Below are positions 12,109 to 26,879 of a stretch of 64,000 nt of DNA, piece by piece (within the stretch, counting starts at the first letter, position 1; each line of letters opens with the position of its first letter). Source of the stretch: Takakia lepidozioides (taxonomy: Eukaryota; Plantae; Bryophyta); NCBI GenBank assembly GCA_030704615.1, contig CM060733.1, forward strand, positions 66,650,001-66,714,000, written 5' to 3'. The notes beneath the pieces are model-generated. The model made no database searches. It saw only the letters and a program-made list of their open reading frames with translations, and was not told the origin of the DNA. The translations under genes were made by a program, and so were the position numbers.

Positions 12109-13372
12109 GTTCCTCATGCGTTACGTTTTACGGCGTTCTTGGAGGTTATTTTTTCCTCCAACTGTTTTACCTTTTTAAATAAATTTCCCAGGGCCACTGT
12201 CCCCTGTTATTTTTTTATAAAAAAAAATACCCTTCTCAGCTACCTTGTGAGGACAGGTCCATCTGAGGCAAGTTCTGAAATTGTGAGCCTTGAAAGCCTA
12301 GTCTACCTCGTCAGGTCGGATTACCTCGTGCGAATCCGAAGATAACGTAATTAGGTCACGAGACAACCAGGTTATCGACGAACGACATTCCAGTTCTCCG
12401 TCCGCTGACGCGGCGAATCGACGAAGGTTCTGATAAGGGATAGGATGTGAATGAATGTGGCGCAGGGTTCACGGAGAGGATGGATGTTGTGCATTGGATG
12501 GATGAAAATCTCAGCGAGAGAGAAGGCAGCGCTATCCGCCGTAGCCAGCACTGGCGGTCTGGGACCTCCACCACCACACAACCTTCGACTATCTTACTCT
12601 GCCGACCTTGTTCTCCCTTTTTTCCCCTTTCTCGAACATTTCCTGCTCTGCTGAAGGGTGTGTCTCGTATCGGGGAGAAGTTCTGTGGAGCTTGTCTCCG
12701 CAGCCAGGTAAAGTTGCTTGCTCGCCTCCAGCTCTGGTGCTTTTTGAATGCGCAAACTGTATGCTTGGACGGTTGAAATTCTTGGCATTATTCTCCACCC
12801 AATTCGATTCTAGCGTGGTTACCGACTACGCCACAGATTTCCGCAGTTATGTGTTGATGGGCATACTGGTGTGGGTCAAGTGTCCTTCACATTCCGGTGC
12901 TGATTAATTCTAAGGTAGCATTCTAGGCATTCGTATTCATCCATGTTTATGTCTCACAACACTTAGTTTATTTCTTATTGAAATCCTCGTGCAGGAACTG
13001 TGGGCAACACTAGATGCTGCAATTTACTCTCATTGTGTATTGACAATCATGGACAAGTGTGTCTTTTTTCTCCTCTATTCATAAACGCTCTGAAAGGTGC
13101 TTGAATATGAACTAGTTTAACCAGAGGTTTCGGTTAATCTCTTGAGGTTGCTCTGAATTGCTAAGTCGCTGGAGCTTGTGTACTTCCTCTAGTCATGGTC
13201 ATGCTGCTATTTCTCTCTGAGAGGTTTGCGAAGGAGGTGAGGGTTTATTGCAGTCACAGAAAAAAATTCTTAGATTACATCTGTTTCGTATCTCCAAACT
13301 AAATGTGGAACTGAGGATTTCACTTTTTTACCGGCATCATCATATCTCTAAGATTGAATCTTTTTCCCCAGG

Positions 13373-16300
13373 ATGGCGTACTTTGCTCTTCCTGTCAGGG
13401 ACAGCACGATACACTTGCTGTCGAATGCTGCTTGGATACCAAGGCGAAGTCTTATCTCCTCAAGTGCCACCTCCAGGCCGCTTCTAGATTCACAAATCCC
13501 AAAGCCGCTCGGACGAGTTTATTCATCAAATTTTGTTTCGGACTGTAGGAGAATAGCGGGAAGGGCTTTAGCAGGCGCTGTAGCATCTCGAAGCGTGTTC
13601 ACAGCTGCCCTTGAAGGCAATGTTGCTGTTGAAGAACCTGCAACTGAGGTGTCCCAAGTGGAAGAGAGCTCCGCAGAGGAACAAGTGCCCGAGACAGTTG
13701 GGGACACGGAAGAAGAGGGGCCTTCAACTCTAGCTAGTTCTTCTGAACAGCAGTCATCGCCAAAAAAGTCCATCCGTCCGAAGAAGACCAAGGGTGTCAC
13801 CGTTCCAAATGAGGATTTGGTTCCAGGTGCAACTTTCACAGGGATAGTGCGGGCTGTTCAAAACTATGGTGCATTTATTGATATCGGGGCATTCACCGAT
13901 GGGCTTGTCCATATTTCCCAACTGAGTTCAACCTATGTCAGAGTAGTCCAGGACATTGTTTCTGTGGGACAGCAAGTAACCGTGAGAGTAATAGAGCTGG
14001 ATGCACCAGCAGGGCGCATTGCACTAACAATGCGCGACAGAGATGCTGAGGAACGACAAAAGCAAATCGAGATGGAAGCAGTGGGTGAGGGTGGAGTGGC
14101 TTCTGGGGTACAAGAGGGTGATGGTGGAAAACTTATGAATAGAGGCAAGATTGCTGGAAGAGGATCTACTGTGAGGAGCAACCGGGATGAGACAAAGAAG
14201 GTAGTACCTGCACCAAATTATGCCTTCATATACACCTAACTAAAACTTCATCAAGGAAGTCAGATGGAAACACCTTGCATCCAACTGTTTAAGACTACCC
14301 AGGCCTCAAAAGACCCGAGGTCCTGTAATAAATGCATCTTCAAGACATACTGTTCATTTTCCAGTAAAATGGATGTCTAACATACAGTTCTGCTTGCTTC
14401 GCCATGACCATGGGAGTTTGTGAGGATATTTGTGTGATATATTTTAGATGTGCTTGTACTGATGATCAAGAAATGGTATGCAGTATTTCTCTCTGTTCAC
14501 TTACTTCAGACTCAGAGCACACATTTCAGCTAACTTGTGTCATGTCTCAATTCTTGCCTCATGCATTTTTAAGGTTACCAAGCTTCAAAAGGGTCAAGAA
14601 GTGCAAGGTACAGTGAAAAACTTGATCAGGAATGGGGCGTTTGTGGAACTGCCTGATGGCGAGGAAGGCTTCATTCGGGGATCGGAGATTGTGGCGGGTG
14701 GTGAGAATGTGGCCATGGAGACTCTGTTGCATCCAGGGCAGCAGGTAACTGTGCGTGTGCTAAAGATTGACAAGGGGAAGATCAACCTGACAATGAAGGC
14801 TGAAGTTGACATGAAAAGTATCAACAAATCCATCAACAAAAATGCAGAGGGTGGTGCTGCAAACCCCTTTGAGCTTGCATTCCGAAGTGCGAATTTGTTT
14901 CCTAGTGTAGCTGAAAGCACACTGGAAGAAACAAAGGAAGAAACTTCATTGGTTCCAGAGGAGCAAACTGTGACAGAGTTTGCAGAGGCAATTGAAGGGG
15001 TGGTGGAGGCAGCTGAGGTTGCCCAAGGTGTGCCCAGATACTTACATTTCGCATTTGCAGTGGTTCAATCTTGTTTGTATGTGTTGTTCAAAATGCTTTG
15101 CATGTGCACTACTCTCTTAGAGCTGCAGAGAGACAAATTGCTGGTTTGGGCGCCCTTGGCGATATCAATCTCAACCCGAGTTTGTGAGAGTGGCTGCTGA
15201 GTTGTCTTAGCACTAGTGGCCTTTCTGGTTCGAGCATTTCAAGTCAAGCACTGGGTTATTTGGTTCATGTCTATTTCTTATACTTACCAAAATGTTTTCT
15301 TCGCTGCCAAGGGGCTGCAACGTTGGATATCCTTTTTGTAAGGTGTTACCATTACACTAGATGGTGACACAGAAAAACCCATCCTAAGGTGGTTGTCACT
15401 AGTTGATACTCACCTATTAGCTTGCTATGCAGCTCTTAAAACTGCTACTGTGCCAAATCCCTGTGGCAGAGGAATTGACTGTCCTTGAGATGAAAACAGA
15501 TGCTGTACTAGAAGGAAAGCAAGAGGAATTACCTACACCAGCACCAAATGAGGAGGCAGATGTTGTTCCAGAAGTCTCAGTGGCCCCAGTGGTAGATAAA
15601 CTAGAGGATCAGGAATCTGTTCCTGATGCAGCAGTGACCAGTTCATCAGTGCAGCTTGAACAATCTCCAAGGTTTGGCTCTCATTTCTCAAGTTTATGTT
15701 TTACTGGGGTGTTGCCTCATCTTAATGTGGACTCATCAAGTCAAATGCTAGGCTATGTCTGCAGAGCTTCTCTCTCAAGGTCTCCTCTTCTCTCTTTTCT
15801 GCCTGCCTATGTGATGATTGTCATCCTTGCTGTCAAGCTTTCCTGTTGAATTATATGCCATAGTGTGCCATGTGTTTGAAGCAAGGGATAGTGCCTTCTG
15901 TAAGGTTCATTGGGCATACAAGAAGAATGGGACCAGAGCAATCATGTACAGACATATAATGCTCATGATGTTGGATCATATCAGAGTAAGTCTTGGCATC
16001 AGGTGTACACTTCAGTAGTTAACCAGTCATTAGAACTTTCTTCAAGTTGTTGGTCTTTGTTATTGCAGTGTAGTGGAAGTGTCAGATGCCATTCCATTGA
16101 CAGTGGAGCCAGTGGAGGAGGTCATCCCTGAAGCCTCTACTGCTGTCCCTATCACAGAGGAATCTTTAGAGCCGGAAACCACCACAGCTGTGTCACCCTC
16201 TGAATCGCTGGCCACTACTCCTCTGCCAGAAACAGAACCGGAGGTCTTCCCCACTTTGGAAGCTGAATCTGACACAGAAGCTTCTGCGTTATCCCCAACA

Positions 16301-19300
16301 GAAACCCCTCTGGCAGAAGTGGAGGATCCTGTCACTGCCGAGTTAGTGGAGTCTCCTGTTGCAGAGCCTTTGGTGGCTGAGGAAGCAGCAACAGAACCGG
16401 AGTCCATCCTCACCTTGGATGCAGCTCCTGAGGTGTCCCCAGAAGAAACCCCTCTGGCAGTGGAAAATGACGTCCCTGCAGAAGCAGTAGCGGAGTCTTC
16501 TGAAACACTTGTGGCTGAGGAAGCAGCAACAGAGCCGGTGTTCATCCCCACCTTGGATACAGCTCCTGAGTTGTCCCCAGCAGAAATCCCTTTGGCAGCT
16601 GTGGAAAATCCCATCAATGCTGAACCAGTAGCGCACGCTCCTGTTGCTGAGAAACAGGCAGGTACCGAGGGAGCTTCTGCCACCCCCTCTGCATCTGTGG
16701 TGAAAGAATTAAGAGAGAGAACAGGGGCAGGCATGATGGATTGCAAAAAGGCTCTTGTTGCATGCGGCAATGATGTGGAGAAGGCTGTTGAGTTCTTGCG
16801 GAAAAAGGGTTTGGCCAGTGCGGATAAGAAAGCAAGTAGGGTGGCTGCTGAGGGCCTGGTTGGAAGCTATATTCATGATGGGCGCATTGGCGTATTAGTT
16901 GAGGTGAATTGTGAGACGGACTTTGTGTCTCGGGGCGAGCGATTCAAGGAGCTCGTGGCAGACGTGGGCATGCAAGTGGTCGCCTGCCCACTGGTCTGTG
17001 TCAATTTCTATCTTGAAGTTTTCAATGGTTTTACTTGGGAAGAGATGGACAGCTTGACAAACTTACAGAGGACAAACAGCATGTTTCACCCATGCTTGAC
17101 TTGGCCTTGTTGAAAATTAGTTTGAAGGAGGGAAAAAATATTTTTCATGTTCAACAGGAGGCCCAGAGAGAGAGAGAGAGAGAGAGTGATTGCCATGGCC
17201 TCGTCACAATAAACCCAGTGAGAGTATTGCTTCAGTGGGAAGAGAAAGAGACAGTGGATATGGGAGGTGCAGGGTGGAGGAGTTTGAATCCAGTAACATT
17301 TCACATTTAAATCTTCCCATTCTTGGCTCCAATTTTGAGCAGGTTCAAGCCTGCCGCTAAATGAACATACATCTCTGTGCAGGTGCAAGTCGTGAGTGTG
17401 GATGATGTCCCTGCTGACATAGTTACAAAGGAGAAGGAGATTGAGTCAGGGAAAGAGGATCTTGCAAATAAGCCCCCACAAATCCGTGAGAAAATCGTTG
17501 ACGGGCGGGTGGCCAAGAGACTGTGTGAGCTGGCGCTCCTGGAGCAGGCCTACATCCGTGATGACAAAGTGTTGGTGAAGGACCTGGTGAAGCAAACAAT
17601 TGCTGGGCTGGGTGAGAAAATCCAGGTGTGGTAGTCAAAGGCCTTTTATCATATTGCCACCAGGAATCTCATTGACATGCAATGGCACTCACCTGTTTTG
17701 ATTTTTAGGAGCCCTTTTTGGTCCAGCTAAATGAGTGACACCCCAAGTATGAATGTCCTCATTTGTTCTTGTTGATCAAAGTAATCAGCATGGGAGCCAC
17801 AATGGAATGTGCTAGAGCAGTTGGTTGTCATGGGGCAGGACGTTTTTCTTGAGAGTCCATCTTTGCAGAAGATGTTCAGAACTAAAAAATTGGTGTTTTA
17901 GCTCATATATGCCTATGACAAGCTGCACTAGCAGCAGACCTGGAAGGTGTCTTTCCACCAAATTTTCCATAGATAAGCGATGACCATTGACGAAATCAAC
18001 CTCGATCACCGTATTAGAATCTTTTTTCTGCAAAATGCAATGGCCATACTGACAGTGCTTGTAGAATTAATATTGAGTTTACGGGTGCAGAGGGCTTGAT
18101 GATCCTGTCTTTGTCCACTGTTGCCCTATTGAAAGTACAGATTACTGTGGTGACAATATCATCAAACAACTCTGACCTGCAGGTTGCTTTTCAACTTTTG
18201 ATTGTACAGGTTCGGCGGTTCGTCCGGTATAAGCTTGGAGAGGGAATTCAGAAGAAGGTATCGGACTTTGCTGCGGAAGTGGCGGCCCAGACAGAGGCAA
18301 ATGCATCTCCAAAACCGGCATCAGAGCCTGCAAGGGTTGAGGAAGAGAAGAAAGAGGCGGATGTTCCAAAGGTTGGTGTTTGCTTGTGTCCAGAATCCCT
18401 TGGGTATCACAGAGTGCCACTGCTATGAGAAAGCAAACAGCAGCTGTGCTACCCTGGTCTGACTTAGGGCATGCAGGTCATCATTCAACCTCTTAATTCT
18501 AGCATCACCATATGTCATGAAAAAGTTTGTGCGGCGCTCCTCACTGCATGGAAATTGGATCTCTCTTTAGGGTGTGTAGAAATCCTTGTTTTCAGTGAAT
18601 CAGCTTTTCTTAGGGAAGACTCAGGCCAAGCTCAGGCCATCATTTATCTTTCACTCTGTCATCTATGTTGTCAGGTGGCTGTGTCTGCCTCCCTGGTGAA
18701 GGATCTTAGAGATGCCACTGGAGCCGGCATGATGGACTGCAAAAAGGCCCTTGCAACATGTGCAAATGACCTAGAAAAAGCAACAGAGTTTTTGCGGAAA
18801 AAAGGTTTGGCAAGTGCAGAAAAGAAGGCTAGCCGGGTGGCTGCTGAAGGCCTTCTTGGCAGCTACATCCACGACGGGCACATTGGCGTCTTGGTTGAGG
18901 TCAATTGTGAGACAGATTTTGTTGCAAGGGGAGAAGCATTCAAAGAGCTTGTGTCAGATATGGGGATGCAAATAGCAGCTTGTCCACTGGTGAGTGATTA
19001 TGTGTTTATACATTGCTGGCAATCAGCTGTTTCATTTGTTAAACACATGATAGGGAACCAGGCAAGTCTGATCCACCTCAAGCTAATCGGATATAACCTT
19101 TTCGCAGGTGCAATATGTGAGCATTGATGAGATCTCTCCTGAGATTGCCGAAAAGGAAAAGGAGATTGAGCTAGGGAAAGAAGACTTGGCCAGCAAGCCG
19201 GAGAAAATGCGTGGCAAGATTGTGGAGGGTCGAGTAGCCAAGCGACTTGCCGAGCTTGCACTGCTGGAGCAGCCCTTCATCCGCAACGACAAAATATTAG

Positions 19301-19449
19301 TGAAGGATCTGGTGAAGCAGACCATTGCTTCTTTGGGTGAAAACATTCAAATCCGGAGGTTTGTGAGATTCAATTTAGGGGAGGGCATAGAGAAGAGGTC
19401 TGTTGATTTTGCAGCTGAGGTTGCTGCTCAAACTGGGGCTAATGCCTAG
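13373..19449 (+). CDS. PETs: Chloroplast polyprotein of EF-Ts (PSRP-7 with two S1 domains + two EF-Ts domains). Coding exons 13373-14200, 14574-15027, 15470-15671, 16069-16993, 17383-17625, 18210-18371, 18675-18989, 19108-19449
   Basis: Transit-peptide-like N-terminus; S1 motifs ([28 protein letters not shown]; [23 protein letters not shown]); two EF-Ts units ([19 protein letters not shown]...[10 protein letters not shown]). All introns are GT-AG and phase-compatible on manual check. A probable 5'UTR intron runs from the donor at 12708 to the acceptor at 13371. Same architecture as Arabidopsis EMB2726. Confidence 0.95.
16232..16612 (+). repeat. Three coding tandem repeats (~46-53 aa) in the acidic PETs linker
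   Basis: TEPE/V..PTL..APE.SP.ETPLA.VE..VAEEAA units begin at 16232, 16391 and 16529. Confidence 0.85.
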
Positions 19450-20126
19450 AGGAAGATGTCAAAAGGCGCAAGAAGAGCGAGACTTAGAAAAGCACCGAGG
19501 GTGGTTCAATTTTAAAGCTTTGTGGAGAGTCTGTAGATTAGACATTCGTTGTATCTGTTGCCATCATGCGGCGCTAGTATAATGGTAGGACATGAAATTT
19601 ATGCTGTATGCATTTTGGGTGGAGGGATCCATACTTGTTCAAAGGGCTCATATTTGAATCACTGACGCATCCTCACCCTCTTGGTGGGTGTTTCCATGGT
19701 TGTAAAAGTCTGTTGTGGGTGTTGTGTTGTTTGGTCAGCCATTCCTGTTCAATGGGCACTACAACAAAGGTTTCTTTGACTGGATCTGACTAGTGCAAGT
19801 CAACTGAACCAAACTGAACATTTGACTACGAAGTCAATTCAGGCAAGTTGCTTGATCACTGGTTAAACGGGCATGTTCTCATGGATACGATTGTATGCCT
19901 CTCAAAATTTTAGTTGGGTAGGAAATTTTAACCCTAATCATAGTGCAATTATGGTTTATGAGACCCACGAAGGTGAAAGTTGTTTGATTTTTTGATTCAT
20001 CAACAGGGACCCCTCGAGGTACTGGTCAGACAAATCAAAAAATTAAATTACTTGATTGAATTCCCTTACTAAAAGGAGAGACATTGCTTAGTGGTTGCCT
20101 TTAACCTTATGGAGGTTGGGGAACGT

Positions 20127-20694
20127 GAGTGTTGGGCGGTCATTTGAATTTCTCTCTAATACCCGGCGGTTACCTATCCAGTTATATGTATATATGACCG
20201 GCGAACGTGAAAAAATGAAGTAACCGGTCCAGTTAGGAACCGGCGGAGGTCTCAAAGACTTAAATAAGCATTTGTAGACAGACTCTAGTGGAATACACCT
20301 TCCCCTTAAACTAAGGCAGGAAGGGTATCATCCTTGCATCATTTACATGACAATAGAGGCCATTTACTGCCTTACCATAGGAGAAAATCATCCAACATTT
20401 GAACCCGTAAGCTAGCCGATAAGCTTGCTGACTATTGTCTATTTCTCAGCTGCAATTCACTACTGCCTATGCTCTATTCAAATAACCGAGCAAAAAGCCT
20501 CTTAAAGAACCGCCCAATACCCGTGGTTATTTGATGAAAACCGTCGGTTATTTGAGGTTCTTGCAAGTAACCGTAACCGGTAGGTTATATCTAGCCATAA
20601 AAAATTTAATAATTGCAACCGCAGGATAGTTTTCTAAAATTTGAAGCAACCGGAACCGCCGATTATGAAAAAATCAAATAACCGCCCAACAGTG
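20127..20694. mobile_element. hAT-like MITE (~570 bp)
   Basis: TIRs gtgttgggcggtcatttga / tcaaataaccgcccaacag; flanking 8-mers ggaacgtg / gtaacgtg (7/8 match); many internal aaccg/cggtt motifs. Confidence 0.75.
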
Positions 20695-22269
20695 GTAACG
20701 TGTGAGCACAAAGGCATATTCCAAATATTCCAAAAGATTCTGGAGAATATGCGATGGCGGAACCAAAATGCGCTCACGCGGTAAGAAATACGAAACTATC
20801 TGAAAACCATGCTCACGCGAAAAAATTCATGAAATCAATCGTCCAAAGGTTAACTCGCGTGAGCACAAAGACCCACAAATATATTTGCCAGAACTCAAAG
20901 ACCAGCGCACGTAAACAATGTGGCATTTGGTAACATTGTGTATAGAACATCCCCAAGAACCACCCAAAAAATGGGTTTCGCCAGCAAAACGCAAACGGTT
21001 TTTGCCAACGAAACTTGTATTTTCGCCAGCGAAACTTGGGTCATCGGTGAAATTGGGGTTTGGTTTTTATTATTTTCTTAAAGGTTTCTCCCTTTCAAGC
21101 TCCTTCTATATGTTTAAGCTTATATTTAGACACCATGGAGCCCCTATTAACGTTTATTATATGTATCGAAGACATATCACGCAACGATGTTTTTGTGCTC
21201 ATGCCATACCAATCTCCCGCTTATGTACCTTCAACCAAAGTATATGAGATGTTTTGAGCAAACTCATATTAACCCTCTATTCGAATCTATTCTAATCTAA
21301 TCCATCACTGTATTCACTCATTTCTACTCACTCTATTAATTAATATAGCTATGGTCCAATTTGTTTTTGGGCCCCTGGAGAGAGCCCACTAAATACTAAC
21401 TAAAGTACTTACTATACTGTATAAGTAATAAGGTGAGCACCTCTTTATATAGCCTTGGGAGGCAGTGGGCCTCACCCGTGAGGCAGTGGTGGAGCCTTCC
21501 AGAAGACCCCCCACGTGTCCTACTCTACATGAACCCACCCCCCTATTTGACACGTGTCTAGTAATTGCACCCCCCTAAAAACTCTAATCTGAGCCCACCA
21601 TTGGCTGTTCCAATGGTGTGCCTATTTTCTTACCTTTCATAAATTAAACATTGTCTCCCCCTCATTCTAGGTGTCCCTCCAGCCCGGGCCCACCTCTCCA
21701 CTCATCAAGCCCCCCTTATTCCCTCTCATATGCTTGTCCTCCCCCTCCTTTTCCACCCGCCCCTCCACTTATCTTCTTACTGGCTGAATTTTTTTGAAAT
21801 GAAACTTGGGCTACATATATCCCAAAAATAAATTTATAATGCTATATATATAGCTGTTACTGGAAAATTATTTCTTAGAAAAGTACGCCTAAAAACTAGG
21901 TGTGACACACACTTTGGCCCTGCCACTTATCTAGGCAAGAGATAAATTAATAAACATTTCTACATGGTTCACCTTTGGCCTATCTGTCGGAATGATTGGA
22001 AACATTTATGTATTTATGTTACTTTTTTTCTTTTCTTTCTTAAGCAGGGGGCTTATTTGGAATTATTGATGGGGGAAAAAAATTATAGCCTGATTACACC
22101 ATAAGGCACACACGCCGTAGTCAATGATCGATGAACAAGACCCCTTGATAGAAGATGGACCAAACCCAAGCATGATGCCCGACAGAATGAACGACTCTCG
22201 AATGAAACGTATTAGAATGTTTTAGAATTCATATGTATTTTGACAAAAAATTATTTAATTGAGAGTATG

Positions 22270-22560
22270 TGCCCAACTGGACCCACTCAAGTTTTAAGGT
22301 ACTTATGGTCATACCATGCAACCAAATCCAAACTAATAATCCATAGTAATAAACTCATAAATATCTCCATTCATCCATCAATGGAACAAAAGGAACCTGT
22401 GCCTAGTTGGTACCCTCTCAAGATAAAAGGTACCTAAGGTCCTTCAATGCAATGCATAGTCACATTTACCAATGGAACACATAGGGAATATAAAGATCAT
22501 GTACCCAATTGGGACCCACTCATTTTATAAGAAGGTACCTAAGGTCCTTCAATGGCCTCT
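22270..22560. repeat. Short direct repeats, probable subterminal region of a DNA transposon
   Basis: ggacccactca at 22280 and 22512; aggtacctaaggtccttcaatg at 22428 and 22533; followed by a GC-rich island at 22600-22800. Confidence 0.45.
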
Positions 22561-25500
22561 CATTTTACAATATTAGGGTCTTGAATGCAAGCGTGCAAGA
22601 AGGACGGTGGGCCCGTCGTTCGGACGAGGGGCACCCTCCCACCCGCGCCCACCCGCTCGCCGTTGCCCCGGCCGGGGTCCGTTGCCCGGCCGGTCCGCTG
22701 CGGCTAGTCCGCTGGGGCAAGCCTAGCTCTTGCGTCCGCTGCCATCCAGTCCGCTCCCGCCGCAAGATCTGGGCCGTCCAGGAGGAATCCCATCCTAGCC
22801 CTCCAATTTAGGGCATTATCTCCGGATTGCCATTAGTATCTCTCTCTTTGTTGTACGAAACTGTAGTGCGTGCCCGCTGCGTTGCCTCGCACAGTGTTCG
22901 TCTCTCCGTGTTTTCATGACATTGTAATGATGTGGAAGGGCAGGAGAGGAGTCGGAGCCCTAAGCCACCATCGTGCATATGCTTCCACTATTTTCGTCAT
23001 CTTTTTGTTGCTGGCAGGCCCGTTTTTGGCGATTAAATTGTACATGTAAATTGTACATGTTTTGCCCACTTGGTTTGTGTGTCCGGTCATCGCAAAATGG
23101 CCACTGTGTTGTAAGGGTTTATTCCAATGGGCGGACTGATTACAAGCCTACCTAAATAGGACCTTAGTAAACATTTGGGATATGGTGTCCTTCAATTTTA
23201 TAATTATTCATGTTGTGCTGGAAGCATCCGTCAGTCAGATCATCTCTTCAGTTTGGAACGGTAACCATGGGGAAGATGATAGTGAAAATCGCTGGAGCAT
23301 ATGCACATGAGGGCGTGTAAAAACATTGCAGATTCAATATCTAGCGATGGACTGTTATCGTGTGTTTTGGCCAGAGTTATCGTGAGTCTGTCAATTGTGT
23401 CTTTTGGGCTGTGTTATCCTAAGTCTCTTGAACTGTCACACATTTCGAGTATGGGTCTCCTTGTAAAAAAGTCGGGTTTGACAGCCAATAGTTGTCGGCC
23501 TGGATACCCATATGACTGTTGCTTCATCAGTCTTGCTTCGTTAGTCTGCTAATCGGAGCCTCTTGGGGAGGCTATGTCATCACATCGGGGAGGAATATGT
23601 TCGTCCGTCTGTTGCGATGTTAGTCTCTCCTGATGACGGTCTTTTGGCGTATGTCTACGTTAGTCTGTTGTGTCAAACTGTGAAATCATGGAGCCGCGGC
23701 CAAAATGTGCTTGTACGACCTTGCGTCTCTGAGTCTGTTGTCCTGCCAGTCTGTTGGTCGTTAGTCTGTTGTGTCTGTTGCACCGTCAGTCTACTATGCC
23801 GGCAGCCTATTACAGAGGGCGACGGAACAATGACCATGTTGACCTGCCAGTCTGTTTTAGTCTTTTATAGTCTGTTACGTCGTCAGCCTGTTGCAGTCGG
23901 GTGGACCTGCATAGTGAATTACCGGATTCCGTGGGGTACTCGGTCTGCTGTACTCGGTCTGCTGTGCACGAGGTCTATGAGACCTAATAAATGCACCGAC
24001 AGCGGTGGCGGCGCCAATCATTGCACGCCACGTCGTGCCGTCGGCAACTGCATGTGCGCTCTGCTGTCAACTTCAACTTCAACTTCGCCTTCCCGCCGGT
24101 GTTGTGGTCTCCTTCTGTCTCAACGTCCGTCTTTCTTGCGCAGACTTGTTTCAGTCCGCGCGCAGATGTGGAGAGTCCTCTTAGACCCCAACAGTCGTCA
24201 GAGACCGTTGCTCCCATAGCCCGTTGCGTTCGTCGTCTTCTACTGTGTACTTGTCATTTTGGTTCTCGCTTCTCATTCTGTCCTCGAATGTAGTGTTTGT
24301 CCTCGCCGCTCCTTGCTGTTTTTCTTTTCCTCCGTTCTTTGCAGTTCTCTCGCATTGTTGGGCCATCTGGCTTTGTCTTTTGTGTTGTACAGGCGATGGA
24401 GGATGCCTGCGCGAAGGGTGGACCCGACTGGATCGAGTTTGTGCACATGACGCGGTTGAAGAAGCTACGAAGATATTGGTACTCACCAAAGGAGTACGAT
24501 CGCAGGAAGCATGTGTGGATCTCCGTGTAGCCAAGGAGGAAAACCCAGAAGGGAAGAATGATAGGCTCAAGTGTCCTTTTTGTGAGGATGCCATAAAGGA
24601 CAAAATCCAGTTGAACCGGCATTGTGTGGATACAGGTTGCAAGGCCACCATTCCTCCGAATTTCAAGTCCTGGCCCATACCATTATCACATAAAGTTAGA
24701 GATGAGGCTGTTTTCAAAAGCTGCGGCGCAAACCCAGTTGCCCAAAGTTATGAGGAATTGCGCCAACGGTACTGGCAGGCTGCTGGAAGGATGGAACGAC
24801 CCAGCTTGGAGGAAGTGCTTGTACCTCCCCGCAAGCGCAAACTCGGTGATGGGGCCAAAAAGAAGGCGAAAGCGAAAGCGGCAAGGTCTGCTCGCGATGC
24901 AAGCATGGCGGGCCTGCAATGGAATCCGTCCAAAGCGCGCCAGACCAGAAAGTCCCGACAGACTATACCCATCAGTTCCTCCAGTGAGTCTGCCGATATT
25001 TTGCCTCGGCGGTCTGCTGAGCCGACCGACAATGTCATCCAAAATCATGACTTTGAAGGGCAAGGTCCATTGTCCAGTGTAGTAGATATTGCCTTATCTG
25101 AGAGGACAAACATGGACATGCACATAAACAACCTCGATGACAACAGCTCCCTTGCCTAGACCATCCAAGAGACCCAGCAGCCTGTTCTGCGGTCTAGGCA
25201 GACCGAAGATATGGGACCTGAGATGACCCCATAGAAGACTCACTACAACAAATTGCGGCTTTTACGTCTCTGTGTTATGACTGCAAATGCAGTCATGGAA
25301 GCCATTTACGACTTCCTGACTCTGCAGACGTAAAGACCTAGTCAGTTGTGACATGGCAGATATGACTCTCCAGGCTGGCTGTCACGTGGCGCCAGAGCAG
25401 CTGTGGGGGTAGTCATACACGCTGGCATTACTGAATGACTAAACGGGTCCATGTCAGCCGCTGTGTAATAGAGACATGTGCTCTCTACAGAACACGCCAC

Positions 25501-26879
25501 GTGTCAGACTGCGACGCCATCCGACTGCAGAGGAGGGAATCAGACGTCAGCATGTGTCGCATCGTGATTTTGATACGTGGTTCCTCATGTCAATTGACAC
25601 GCGTCGCTGTTGGGGGTTGTAGATTTACTTTATTGTTATTATAATTACTAAAATAATTATTATAATTATTTGTTATTATAATTATTATTACTGACCAACA
25701 TGGGACAGTGGCACATTATTAAATAACGAATTTTTGAAATTATATTCTTAGATAAAATATTTATTCGCTCAGATACCAAAACACACCCTTGCGGGGAAGG
25801 AGAGTTTGCCTTAGTGCCTGTGCTGAATTGCATCTGCTACTGTTACCTGTTTATGGATACTTTTTTATTGTCACTTTGGCAGTATCATATCAAAGTCACT
25901 CCAAACTATCTACCATCTACCCATGACCATCTACCCATGACCATCTACCCATGCAGGTTTCTTGTAGCTATGCTTCCACAGGGAATCATAGGTAATCTGG
26001 AGCTTGAAATCCGGCTTTCTTGGATGATCTGGACCCACACTCTATCCCTGCTCCTTCAACTATCCATGCCTCTGCATAGATCATGCATATATCCTTGCAT
26101 TGCTGTTAGCAGCTGACAATGACAGCCTACATTGTTCCAGCAAACACCCAACTCAACTTACCACACTAGTTCCTATTCTCAATTGCATCTGTTACTCTCT
26201 GTAATCCAACAGGCATTTACCTTTTTGCCTCGGTTGTCCCACCATTGACTGGGGTCAGAAAAGTATTCATTCCACAGCTTCCCCTCATCTCCGTTAACTG
26301 TTTTTCGATACTTTCCTGTTGTCACATTGGCAATATCATGTCAAAGTCACTCCAAACTAGATTCACTCAACCAGCTAACTTGCAGACATTGAAATTTAGG
26401 GCCGGTTCTGATAAGAGGGAAAAACAGGGTGAAATGTGTTGAAGAAGGTGCTTTTATTAGCAGTGCTTGATTTTATCAATTGTGCCGCTACTCCTGCGGC
26501 TTCCAGTTCACCATCTACCCATGCAGGTTTCTTATAGCTAAATCCACAGGTAATCATAGGTAATCATGTGCTTGAAATCTGGCCCTCTTGGATGAATCTG
26601 GACCCATACTCTATCCCTGCTCTTTCAGCTATCACTGCTTCTGCACAAATCATGCATACTTCCTTGCCTTGCAGCTGATAATGACAGCCTACATTTGTTC
26701 TAGGAAACACCCAACTCAGCTTATCACACTAGTTCCTATGCTGAATTGCGTCTGCCCTCTATAATCTAACAGGCATTAATCTTTTTCCCTCGGTTGTCCC
26801 ACCATTCCACAACTTCTCCTCGTCTCTGTGACCTGTTTCTGGATACTTTCCTGTTGTCACATTGGCATCATGTCAAAGT

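Noticed and set aside
16060-16770. Long antisense ORFs such as 16060-16770, 31597-32313, 214-660 and 23563-24219
   Set aside because: These are shadows of real coding frames or low-complexity sequence, with no recognisable domains.
13373-19449. Bacterial rpsA/tsf genes or horizontal transfer
   Set aside because: Spliceosomal introns and a transit peptide are present; the S1 + EF-Ts fusion is the known plant PETs gene.
21300-21907. Solo LTR (TATA-like motif, ends tgtgaca)
   Set aside because: No convincing opposite TG end, TSD or second copy in the window.
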